The notes under the pieces are model-generated. The model had not been told where the DNA came from. It saw nothing but the letters and a program-made list of their open reading frames with translations, and made no database searches. A DNA stretch of 64,000 nucleotides, from NCBI RefSeq assembly GCF_036588685.1, contig NC_086386.1, forward strand, positions 77,996,001 through 78,060,000, written 5' to 3'. The stretch's first letter is position 1; every line of letters begins with the position of its first letter. Below are positions 12,801-21,778 of this stretch, one piece after another. Source of the DNA: Mytilus trossulus. Taxonomy: Eukaryota. The position numbers were made by a program, and so were the translations under genes.

Positions 12801-15800
12801 CCGGTGTCTGTTGCAGGTCAGCCGTTGCCAGGTCAACCAATGATGCCACCAGGATCAGTTCCAATCAGTGTCATGAATCAGCCAATTAATCCAGGTTAGT
12901 CTAATAAACTTAAGAAATATGTTTTTAAACTAGAAAAAACACAACCATATTACTAGGGGGGGGGGGAATAGTGACAGAGAGAACTCAAATCAGTGTTCTA
13001 TACAAGTCAACAACAACTTGCAGTAAGGTGCAATTTTTGGTAAATTTTGAAAATAATATGGAAACTCCAGAAACTTTTTTTTTTCTTAACCGAAATGCTT
13101 ACATTTTAAATATCAAACACTAGGACATGTCTTTCAGTTATGAGAATTTGGATATACTATTTGTTATGTATTTACTTATTGAAAAAGACTTTATTTAATA
13201 GATTCCTATTCACAATACCATGGATTCATTATTATTCTTGGGGGTTTTACCAGTTTAAACGTGAACAACAAATTTAATGTCAAAAGAAGTAACAATTATT
13301 TACTGTAAATTCAGAAATTATTGCATGCATTTATTATTGCGATTTTGTCATTTTAGACTTAAATTTGATTTTATTTTTTGCGATATACAGAAAAAACCTG
13401 TTTTATTCATATAAAAAAATTCAAAATGCGAGGCTTAATTATTGCAATTAAAAGATTAAAACCCTGTCGCTGTTTTTGCAATAATAAAAACATTGCAATA
13501 ATTTCTGAATTTACAGTATATATATTTTGCAAATTCTTGTAAAACCATGAAATCAAATACCCTTGAAAATAAATGAATCCTTTAAATTTGTAATTCAATT
13601 CTAGTGGTGATCGTAATCTTTTTGATTAATTCTGATTCACTATAAGCACTTGTATGTTTTAGGAATAATGAGTCAGCCACTTGGAGGACCACCAAATCTA
13701 ATGCCGTCCCAACAGCCACCAAGTAAGTTTAACATTTTAAATTCATTGTTTCAAATTTAATTTTGAATTGTTTCAAATTTACTTTTGAATAGGCAGTTTT
13801 TAGAAATCTGATGATCACAATAACTCAGTATATGATTGTTGCCAGGCCTTGAAGGCATAAAACTTTGCTCAGTGCTAGGAGCACAAAAATCATGCTCGAA
13901 ACATGAAATCCAGCAATTCGATTGGTTGATTTTCGATTCTGAGTACAAAAATTGTGCTCAAAAGTTTTATGGCCGTGAGGCCTGGTGTAGACCACATTTG
14001 AAAATATTATATGAAAACTGATTGCTTGTCCAAAAGTCTTGTCAGCCCGTGCTGGTAAAATTTCTATCAGGTCAATAGATTACTGTGGATACATTAATAT
14101 AAGTTGAATACCAATTTTCATGGATTTCATGAAACAAGGGAACCGCGAATTTAAATATTCAAGGAATTGCAAATTTTCTAAAGGAATGTAAACAAACTTT
14201 GCCAAAACCACAAAATTAAATATCTACAAATATGCAAGTTTTCTTCAATCCATGGAAATTGTTCACAAAAATAAAGAATCCACAGAATATACAGAATTAA
14301 AAGAAAATAGTACATGGGCTGTGGCTGCAAAAGTTCAACCAAAAACTGTATAGGACAATGTAAGAGGAAAACAGTTTAACTTGTGTGATGTCTTATTATT
14401 AATTAAGCAAGTTTATTTACAAGTAAGGCCATAAAAAAGAATATGTATGTTTGCCCTAACCCTACCTACCAAGAAAAAAGCTGCCTACTTAAAATCCAAA
14501 ATCTTTTATTGCCTTGATTTGATTTATTTTTAATCAGATTGGCATGACTAAAGACATCTGACACTTCAATTTCTCTTTGTAAAAAAAAAAGAAAGAATAT
14601 GCCTACCTATCTACTCACTGTCTCAACCTTTGGATAGGGTTTGGGCAAACCAAAATATTTTTAAGTATGGCCTTACCATTTTCTGAAAAGAAGCGCATCA
14701 TGAACAGGAAAAAAAATGACCATAAAATATGACACAGATAACTAAACTATCCCTACATATGTCTGTTTATATTTTAGCATTGCAACCTGAGCCATTGAAT
14801 GTCGAGTCTTTACTGCAAAGACTTATCAAAGTTGGTCTGATTGCACAATCTGGAGAAAAGGCAAAAGAACTAAACTATCCCTACATATGTTTGTTTATAT
14901 TTTAGCATTGCAACCTGAGCCATTGAATGTGGAGTCTTTACTACAAAGACTTATCAAAGTCGGTCTGATTGCACAATCTGGAGAAAAGGCAAAAGAAAAG
15001 GAACAAGAAAAAGAAAAGGAAAAGGAGGAAAAGAAATCAGAGAGTGAATCTCCACAAAAGAAAGAAGAAGAGTCGTCAGATGGGAAAGAGAAAAAGAAGC
15101 CAGTGGTAAGTGAATTTAAGAATGAAAAAATGTTGCATTATATGTAAAAATAAGAAGATGTGGTATAAATAAAAATAAGGTGTGGAAAAATAAGGTGTGG
15201 TATAAATAAAAATAAGGTGTGGTATAAATAAAAATAAGGTGTGGAAAAATAAGGTGTTGTATAAATAAAAATAAGGTGTGGTATAAATAAAAATAAGGTG
15301 TGGAAAAATAAGGTGTGGTATAAATAAAAATAAGGTGTGGTATAAATAAAAATAAGGTGTGGAAAAATAAGGTGTTGTATAAATAAAAATAAGGTGTGGA
15401 AAAATAAGGTGTTGTATAAATAAAAATAAGGTGTGGAAAAATAAGGTGTGATATAAATAAAAATAAGAAAATAATGATAAGTGGGCACAGTATTTATACA
15501 AAAAAAGGAGATGTAGTTTTATTGCCAATAAGACAAATTATGTTGAATTTAACAACTATGGGTCACTATATGGTCTTCAACACTGAGCAAAACCTATACC
15601 ACATAGAAAGCTATTAACAGCTACGAAAACACTTATATAAAAAAATTCAAATCAGAACAAATAGGGTTCAGTTTATAACTTATAAATAGTAAGCAATACC
15701 AGTTGTGGATTTTTTTTTATAAAGTACTAAATAATCTACTTTATAACTAAACATTTAATTTGCTCTATAGATTTACAGAGTGTTTATTCATTTATTGACG

Positions 15801-18800
15801 CCTTGTATACTATAAATATATTTTGTGTTTTCAGAGACTTAAACTTTCAAAACCTCAGAAGATTCCTGATTTAACAGAAATGAAAAGCAATATCCTTAAA
15901 AAGTAAGTATAACATGAATAATACTGTTTGTTCTTAAACTGGGGGGGGGGGTGTGTCTCCTCACGATTCACGAGTTGATTTTTTTGTCAGTCACGAGTCA
16001 CAGAAAATAAATTTCCATGATCACGGATCACAAAAATATAAAAAAAAAATCTGTAAAAAAAGGATCACGATAGCGAAAATGTGCAAATCACGAAGAAGGA
16101 AAATAACCCATCAGGCCCCTTGTTAAATAGCTCCTAACATTCATTTTTCTATATATATATATTAGTTACTATCAAATATTTAGGTTTGAGTCGTCCTGAT
16201 AAAGTTTTACCCAGAAGTTTTACCCAGAAAAGTGCTTCAGACACACAATATTTATTTTCATTGCAACTGTAGAATAAAAAAAAATAATGAATGCATCTGC
16301 TACCTGCTACCGGCAGTATTAAAATTGCAACAATAAAATAAAATTAAAAATGCATCTGCAACCGGCAGTTTTAAAATGCAATACCATGAATCATTAATTA
16401 TGTTTTTTTTTACTTTTCAGGCAATATATAGGTGTTATTCAAAGGATGTACTCTGGTATCCAGTGTACGTCATGTGGTACAAGGTTCATGGCATCGCAGA
16501 CAACACTATACAGGGAACATTTAGACTGGCACTTCAGACAGAATCAGAGGGAAAAGAAGGGAGCTAAGATTTCAAGATACAGATCCTGGTTTTATGAATT
16601 AGCTGTATGTTATTTTAATTATGACCCATTCATGGGCATTATGTTTTCTGGTTTGTGCTTCCTTTCATCTGTTTGTTCGTCCGTCTGTCTGCCCCGCTTC
16701 AGGTGAAAGTTTTTGGTCGAGGTAGTTTTTAATGAGGTTGAAGTCCAATCAAATTGAAACTTAGTACACATGTTCCCTATGACATGATATTTCTAATTGT
16801 AATGCCAAATTACAGATTTTTACCCCATTTTCATAGTCCATTGAACATAGAAAATATTGGGTGTACTATGGACTCATTTTGTTTCATCTTAATTTATAAG
16901 CACACTTAGGCCTTTTTTTTTTAATTAGTTGGTTTACGGACAACTAGTGTCAAAGGTTAGGGTCGGAGGAGGTAAAAAAAATAAAAATAAAATAGCAATC
17001 TTAGATTTTTTTTTTGTTCACGTATAACTGTTCTGAAAAATTTGAGTCGGAGGAAAAAAAAAAAAAAAAATGCTGTTCATTCATGACATTACAGGGGTTG
17101 AGGAGGAGAAATAGTTTAGCTCTTATCTTGATATGCTTTGCATTTGATGGATGGATGGTCAATTGTTGTTTAATGTCTAGTGGCTAATCAGATGCATAAT
17201 TAGGATGAGAATATGATAATGAGAAATGAAATGCTAAACTGACACACTGAGCCAGAATTTAAATGTGCTAGCTCACAAGGTAACAGTTCCCCCAAAGATA
17301 TGTTACCTTACCCAGACACATTATTCTGACTCCTTTAATAATTGCAATTGCAGGGTGCTTGGCGAAGAAGCAGCAGATACCAATTTTTAAGTCTTGAATA
17401 TGGCATCGCCGATTGTTTGCTTAGGTTTGCATTTGATAAAAGTGCTCTCAGTACGTTGACCATCAAAGTTAATATTCAACTGAAAGTAGATGAAGCCGTC
17501 AGACTCCATGGTCCTCCCTCGTTGGGTTTTTGAATTCGTCTGTGTCATTTCGAAGCTTTTCAAAATACGCCGTTCACTACAAACGCTTTATTGACACAGA
17601 CAAAACGTTTTGGAACGCCTCGGATTTTTTTATTCACAGCACTCGAAAAATCGGGTCGGCGGAATAAAAAACAACACGAAATCAAAATTTTAATTTTATT
17701 TCACTTTTAAACAAAATCGGGTCGGCGGATCCGTAAACCAACTAATTAAAAAAAAAAGGCCTTAAAAACCTATTCATAAGTATTTGACATCATTACAAAA
17801 TGTTGCTTAATGCACCAACAAAACAAATACTTAACCACCAAGTTTAATTCATGAAATAACCCATATTTTTATATAAAAGAAAGATCTAGTTGTTACAAGC
17901 TGATACAAAATTAGATTAAAGAAAAAGAAGTTAATAGATAAAGGAAGATGTGGTGTGAGTGCCAATGAGACAACTCTCCATCCAAATAAAAATTTATAAA
18001 AGTAAACCATTATAGGTCAATAAACAGCCTTCAACACGGAGCATTGGCTCACACGGAACAATAAGCTATAAAGGGCTCCAAAATTACTAGTGTAAAACCA
18101 TTCCAACAGGAAAACCAACGGTCTAATCTATATAAAAATCGAGAAACATGTATAAAGTACATATTAAAATGACAACTACTGTACATGAGATTCCTGACTT
18201 AGGACAGGTGCAAACATTTGCAGCAGGATTAAATAGTTCATATTTTGATAAGCTATGTGTTTGATCAGTCTTTTTATCTGAACTTTTCATTTTTGTTGGT
18301 TTTTCTTTCAATCGAACAAATAAATAAGACTGTTTTTAATTTCTGTCTCTTATTTCATTCCTGATTGTTTACTTGTTTTACAGGATTGGTTAGAATATGA
18401 AGATGTTGGTGATTCTGAAGAAAGAGGTAGGTTATTCTTCACCTATACTACAAATACTTAAAAAAAAAAGGGCCAGTTACTGAGCATTAAGGTGGTACCC
18501 AACACTTTAATTAAAATAAATTTGGCTCGTTTAATTTTCTTAAAATTTTGATAAAGTATTTACTTTGACCCTTTGACAAAAATATAAAAATTTCAAAAAA
18601 TTTGAACCAACTGGTTTATCAGAAAAATTACACTGGTTATATAGCAGTTTGACAAACACTAATTTTCATCTTTGAAAAGCTTAATTTTCCCTTACACAAC
18701 GTCATTAAAACATTTAGCTGATTTTACAGAGTTATCTCCCTGTAGTGTTTGGTACCACTTTAACATGTATTTTATAGTATCAACAGAAAATTATGTTAAA

Positions 18801-21778
18801 TACAAGCGTTCTTACATTAACTTACAGTTTTTGTGTTAAAATAGATTGAATCTCATCGCTACAGTCAAAAATAAAGAGTGGCCTTACTTAAATGGGCACA
18901 AATTCATATGAACAAAGCAGGATCTTCACTGCACCCGGTCTTTATTTGGTAAATAGAAAGCGCATGATCAAACTAAAAGTTTGGATTGGACAAAGCTGTA
19001 TGTGCTTCATCAATTAGCAACAAAATAGATTTATTATGTTTGTAATAAATTAATTGACATAAAAAAACGATAAATATGATAAAGCCAAATTTATGAATAA
19101 AAAAATAATTACGATAAAAAAAAACGTTTTAATAAAAAAAGTCAAATCTTTGAATTCTCAATTTGACATATGTGATTCGTTTTATTTTCCAGCACATTCA
19201 AGCTTGTTTGAACAATTGGCAGCACAGGCTCAAGAGACACCAGACAAAGAGTCTGCACTACCTCAGGGAGAAGACATTCTACATTGTCCTGCAGCTACAG
19301 GGGAGGATTCTGCTGATGTAAGTCTTTAGCTAATCACCTGAGTTCACATCTGGTTTTCAATTAGGCTCTTCTTGCTCAATCTTTCATGTAATTTGTGTTC
19401 TTTTTTTGTCATTTAGTTTTCTTTTTCAACATGCAGGTTTTGACTGCACACATGTTAACTTCTCACTTTTTTTTCATTTGGGGATGGGTGTCAAAAGCAA
19501 TCTTTCCCTGGTTTAGTTTAGAGCTGACTGTTTTACCATTTTTCTTCATGGAAGTTCAAATTTTTAAGCCAGCTATAAAAATAAGCTGAAGCATTTTGAG
19601 ATTTTCATTTTTAGTTTTAAAACCTCATATTATGGTAAAAAAAAAGCATAAGTAAGAAAATGTAACAAATAAGTCAACCTCAATTTTGAACTGGTATGAG
19701 TTTTGAGTAATAATGTATTATTCTTACAAGAGTAAATTGTATTACAAAAAATAATGTTTTTTTGTTGTCTATAAGCTCCAAAATTTAAAACCTATATCAG
19801 TATTATTTCTTGAAGTGTATTGATTGGATTAATAAATTAAAGTTCATTTCTTCTTAATTCCTTTTTTATAAAAACATATTTTATAATTTCGGTGTGTGTT
19901 GTGTGTGGGGATGTTTTATTGACTTATTTGTATATTTTAGGTGTGTGTTGTGTGTGGGGATGTTTTTGAACAGTTCTTTGATGAGGAATCTGAAGAATGG
20001 CATTTAAAGAATGCATTACGGTCTGCTGGCAAGGTAATTCAAATAGAATAGTTAAAAGAAACTAAGATTTATTCATAGAAATAATTGTAAGGATATTGGA
20101 AATGAGATTATTATGTAGGGGAAAAAATAAGTTGATAGACCAGCAGATATATTTTGATTTGTTTCCTGGCTCTTAGGTTTGTTTATCAATCTGTTTAATA
20201 ATTCTATTTTTGAATGCCTCCGCTGTAACGGAAGGGACAATAAGTTTTACCCTTATCTCTACATACGTCCCAAAATTGTTTTCTTTTCTCTTGAGTTTCT
20301 CTCAACCAAATGTTAAGAAACTTGCTGATTATCACAAAACACCAATCAAGTTTGAATTTTGGTGGTGTCACTTTAACCGTTCTAGAATTCCTTTTATAAA
20401 TCATGTAAATGGAAAAATTACCAAAAAAAATGTTTTCCGTTCTCCAACTTAGGTTTGCCTCAACCAAATGTTATGAAACTTATACACAATGCTTATCACC
20501 GCTTAAAACACATATCAAGTTGAATTTTGCTGGCATCACTTTAACAAGTATCAAGTTATGCCCTTTATAAATGAAAAAAAAATGCAAATTTTTTCCATTC
20601 TTCAACTCAAGTCTTCCTTAACCAAACATGAAAACTACACACAATACTCATTGTCATAAAACTCATATCAAGTACATATTTGGGTAGCGTCACTTTTATC
20701 GTTCTTGAGTTATGTCCCTTTATAATGTTGTAAGCAAGCAGTGCAACATCTGTGTCCATGGGTACACATTCTCCGTTTATTTTTAAATATTTTAGCTAGA
20801 CTTGAACATGGGTCTGCCAAAATGTATGACTTGGGGGTGTTTCCCAAAAATATAAAATATTTTATGTTAGGCAGGGAACAGCACTATTATCTGACTCTGA
20901 ATATTTGCACATTTTTCAAAAATAATTTTTATACATTTAATTTTTCAGACCTACCACCCAGTGTGTTATGAGGATGCTCAAGAAGTAAGTAATATAATAG
21001 AAATACTTAAATTTATTTTATGTAGGTGAAATAATAATATCAACTAGGCAGTTTAATTTTTCTATTTTTGACCACTAGCTGATACAGTTTAAAAACCACA
21101 ATGCCGGTACAAGTAGTACCTATAGTGAAAAAAATTATAAACAGTCGAAAAATTTCTGGGTATAGAGAATAACAAAAGATATTCAAATTTACCAGTCAAA
21201 AACAAATCAACAATGCCATGTCAAAAAATATAAACGACGAAAAAGATCAAGAAAATGAAAGACTGAGCAACACTAATCACACCAAAACCAAGGGTGATCT
21301 CTTGTGTTCCAGAATGGTTAGTAGATATGGCACCAGATGTATATCTACATTATCTCTACATTTAAAAGAGATTTTCAAAAGTTAATGAAAAAAAATTGTT
21401 TTACATCATGATAAAGTTTATAACTTTCTAAAATGATATTGATAGCATTATGCCCTTTCCATAAAGATATTGTCCATAGATAAATTGTTAATTAGATAGA
21501 CTAGTTTAAAATTTGAAAGAAGATGTATATGATAGAAATTAAACAATTATCACTTTTTTCAGAATTCTACTCCAAAAGAAGATCCAGGCGCCAATCCCAT
21601 GATGTTACAAATACAGAAGGAACTTGGAATGATTCCTGCCGACACTGTTGTCTCGTTCCCCGCAGCTAACGTGATCTCGGTCTCACAACACGACCATACG
21701 CCCAAAGATATTAATCCTGATACACCACCTGAACCGGAAGGTGACACTACCACCAAAGAGGAGATGGCTCCGTCATGA
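3686..21778 (+). CDS. PCF11: Pre-mRNA cleavage complex II protein Pcf11 (multi-exon, 5' part of CID lies upstream of or was not found in the window)
   Basis: Hand-spliced GT-AG exons with consistent phases: 3686-3868, 6474-6644 (or 6635), 7257-8686, 9704-12894, 13663-13722, 14906-15105, 15835-15902, 16421-16604, 18384-18426, 19193-19317, 19941-20033, 20949-20984, 21563-21778 (TGA). Total 6000 nt, in frame. Motifs: CID C-terminal end (VDEKTRQCMFKVRQTW...YALDVRVNNIDHAWP...IHVNPRFL), coiled segment (RRQLIAKQAEILKLQQKRLELEL), RDPR repeats, zinc finger 1 (CTSC...HLDWH), Clp1-binding RSWFY..DWLEYE, zinc finger 2 (CVVC...EEWHLKNA...YHPVC). Confidence 0.95.
5401..6169 (+). mobile_element. Non-autonomous Helentron/HINE (DINE-1/pearl-like) element with internal ~192-bp tandem array
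   Basis: Inserted in a T-run. Short GTC/GGC microsatellite near the 5' end; core units start at 5483, 5675 and 5867; 3' hairpin gggttc-tgcg-gaaccc at 6142-6157. Confidence 0.7.
6474..6644 (+). CDS. PCF11: PCF11 exon: helical/coiled-coil segment
   Basis: ttttag|CAA...; QKEEQGLPLPEEPDDEDEAEMRRQLIAKQAEILKLQQKRLELELKETEARLKSQ. Two in-frame donors (after 6635 gtaaaa, after 6644 gtacgt). Confidence 0.88.
7257..8686 (+). CDS. PCF11: PCF11 exon: RDPR repeats and charged RS/K-rich region
   Basis: Acceptor ttttag ends at 7256, donor AG|gtgagc. Includes ORF 7410-8690. Confidence 0.9.
9704..12894 (+). CDS. PCF11: PCF11 large exon: charged region, beta-rich FxGPP/IIDG repeats, PNQPF/PGQP low-complexity region
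   Basis: ttttcag|T GCC, donor G|gttagt. Corresponds to ORF 9687-12899; phase matches the flanking exons. Confidence 0.9.
13303..13516. mobile_element. MITE with perfect TIRs and TA target duplication (Tc1/mariner-pogo type), nested in an older MITE (~13216-13580)
   Basis: ta|ctgtaaattcagaaattattgc ... gcaataatttctgaatttacag|ta. Confidence 0.85.
13663..13722 (+). CDS. PCF11: PCF11 60-nt exon (GIMSQPLGGPPNLMPSQQPP)
   Basis: ttttag|GA...A|gtaagt, phase 1-1. Confidence 0.8.
14081..14287. mobile_element. Degenerate MITE (ctgtggat...atccacag ends)
   Basis: Imperfect terminal inverted repeats tactgtggat / atccacagaa. Confidence 0.6.
14427..14672. mobile_element. PIF/Harbinger-type MITE
   Basis: taa|ggccat...atggcc|tta, with an internal inverted pair gtttgccctaaccct / agggtttgggcaaac. 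Confidence 0.65.
14740..14995 (+). repeat. 128-bp tandem duplication covering a PCF11 splice acceptor and exon 5' end
   Basis: Copies 14740-14867 and 14868-14995 differ at 4 positions. Confidence 0.95.
14906..15105 (+). CDS. PCF11: PCF11 exon (LNVESLLQRLIKVGLI + EK-rich)
   Basis: ttttag|CA...GTG|gtaagt. A duplicate acceptor lies 128 nt upstream (see findings). Confidence 0.85.
15147..15470. repeat. Minisatellite of 22-bp (TATAAATAAAAATAAGGTGTGG) and 15-bp (AAAAATAAGGTGTGG) units
   Basis: Directly visible; ten 22-bp-type units with a partial 59-bp higher-order period. Confidence 0.95.
15835..15902 (+). CDS. PCF11: PCF11 exon (RLKLSKPQKIPDLTEMKSNILK)
   Basis: tttcag|AGA...AA|gtaagt; PDLT motif that precedes zinc finger 1. 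Confidence 0.85.
16421..16604 (+). CDS. PCF11: PCF11 exon: C2H2 zinc finger 1 and start of Clp1-interaction region
   Basis: QYIGVIQRMYSGIQCTSCGTRF...HLDWHFRQN...RSWFYELA; canonical splice sites. Confidence 0.93.
16619..16885 (+). mobile_element. Short HINE-like element
   Basis: 5' short hairpin, CTGT/CCGT microsatellite and degenerate 3' hairpin; same layout as the other HINE-like copies. Confidence 0.5.
16909..17761. mobile_element. PIF/Harbinger-type non-autonomous element with ~30-bp TIRs and TTA TSD
   Basis: tta|ggcc(t)n aattagttggtttacgga ... tccgtaaaccaactaatt(a)n ggcc|tta. Confidence 0.85.
17147..17395 (-). mobile_element. 5'-truncated SINE fragment nested in the Harbinger-type element
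   Basis: Short tandem tail (gatg)n, and body motifs (gtgctagctcac, gacacattattctgactcc, gaagcagcagataccaattttt) that I recall from molluscan tRNA-SINEs; not searched. Confidence 0.5.
17934..18230 (+). repeat. High-copy dispersed repeat (atagatataggaagatgtggtgtgagtgccaatgagacaact... family)
   Basis: Near-identical copies at ~30309-30506, 44609-44800 and 48166-48460. Reverse or degenerate relatives at ~27255-27585, 44465-44600, 5010-5215 and 15500-15660. Confidence 0.85.
18384..18426 (+). CDS. PCF11: PCF11 exon (DWLEYEDVGDSEER)
   Basis: ttacag|GAT...G|gtaggt. Confidence 0.88.
18491..18759. mobile_element. MITE with TTAA TSD (Kolobok/piggyBac-like)
   Basis: ttaa|ggtggtacccaacact ... agtgtttggtaccact|ttaa. 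Confidence 0.75.
19193..19317 (+). CDS. PCF11: PCF11 exon (AHSSLFEQ...CPAATGEDSAD)
   Basis: ttccag|CA...GAT|gtaagt. Confidence 0.87.
19941..20033 (+). CDS. PCF11: PCF11 exon: zinc finger 2 N-part (VCVVCGDVFEQFFDEESEEWHLKNALRSAGK)
   Basis: ttttag|GTG...AAG|gtaatt. Confidence 0.92.
20207..20785 (+). mobile_element. HINE-like element with ~3 degenerate core repeats; related copy at ~24615-25115
   Basis: Repeated core (caaccaaatgttatgaaact...atcaagtttgaattttgg...tcactttaacc) and 3' hairpin tgtgtcc..gacaca in both copies. Confidence 0.65.
20949..20984 (+). CDS. PCF11: PCF11 exon: zinc finger 2 C-part (TYHPVCYEDAQE)
   Basis: tttcag|ACC...GAA|gtaagt. Confidence 0.9.
21563..21778 (+). CDS. PCF11: PCF11 terminal coding exon
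   Basis: ttttcag|AAT; NSTPKEDPGANPMMLQIQKEL...APS*; TGA at 21776-21778. Confidence 0.87.
   Translation, partial: NSTPKEDPGANPMMLQIQKELGMIPADTVVSFPAANVISVSQHDHTPKDINPDTPPEPEGDTTTKEEMAPS

Noticed and set aside
15076-15528. 150-aa and 116-aa minus-strand ORFs
   Set aside because: Translations of the AATAAGGTGTGG minisatellite.
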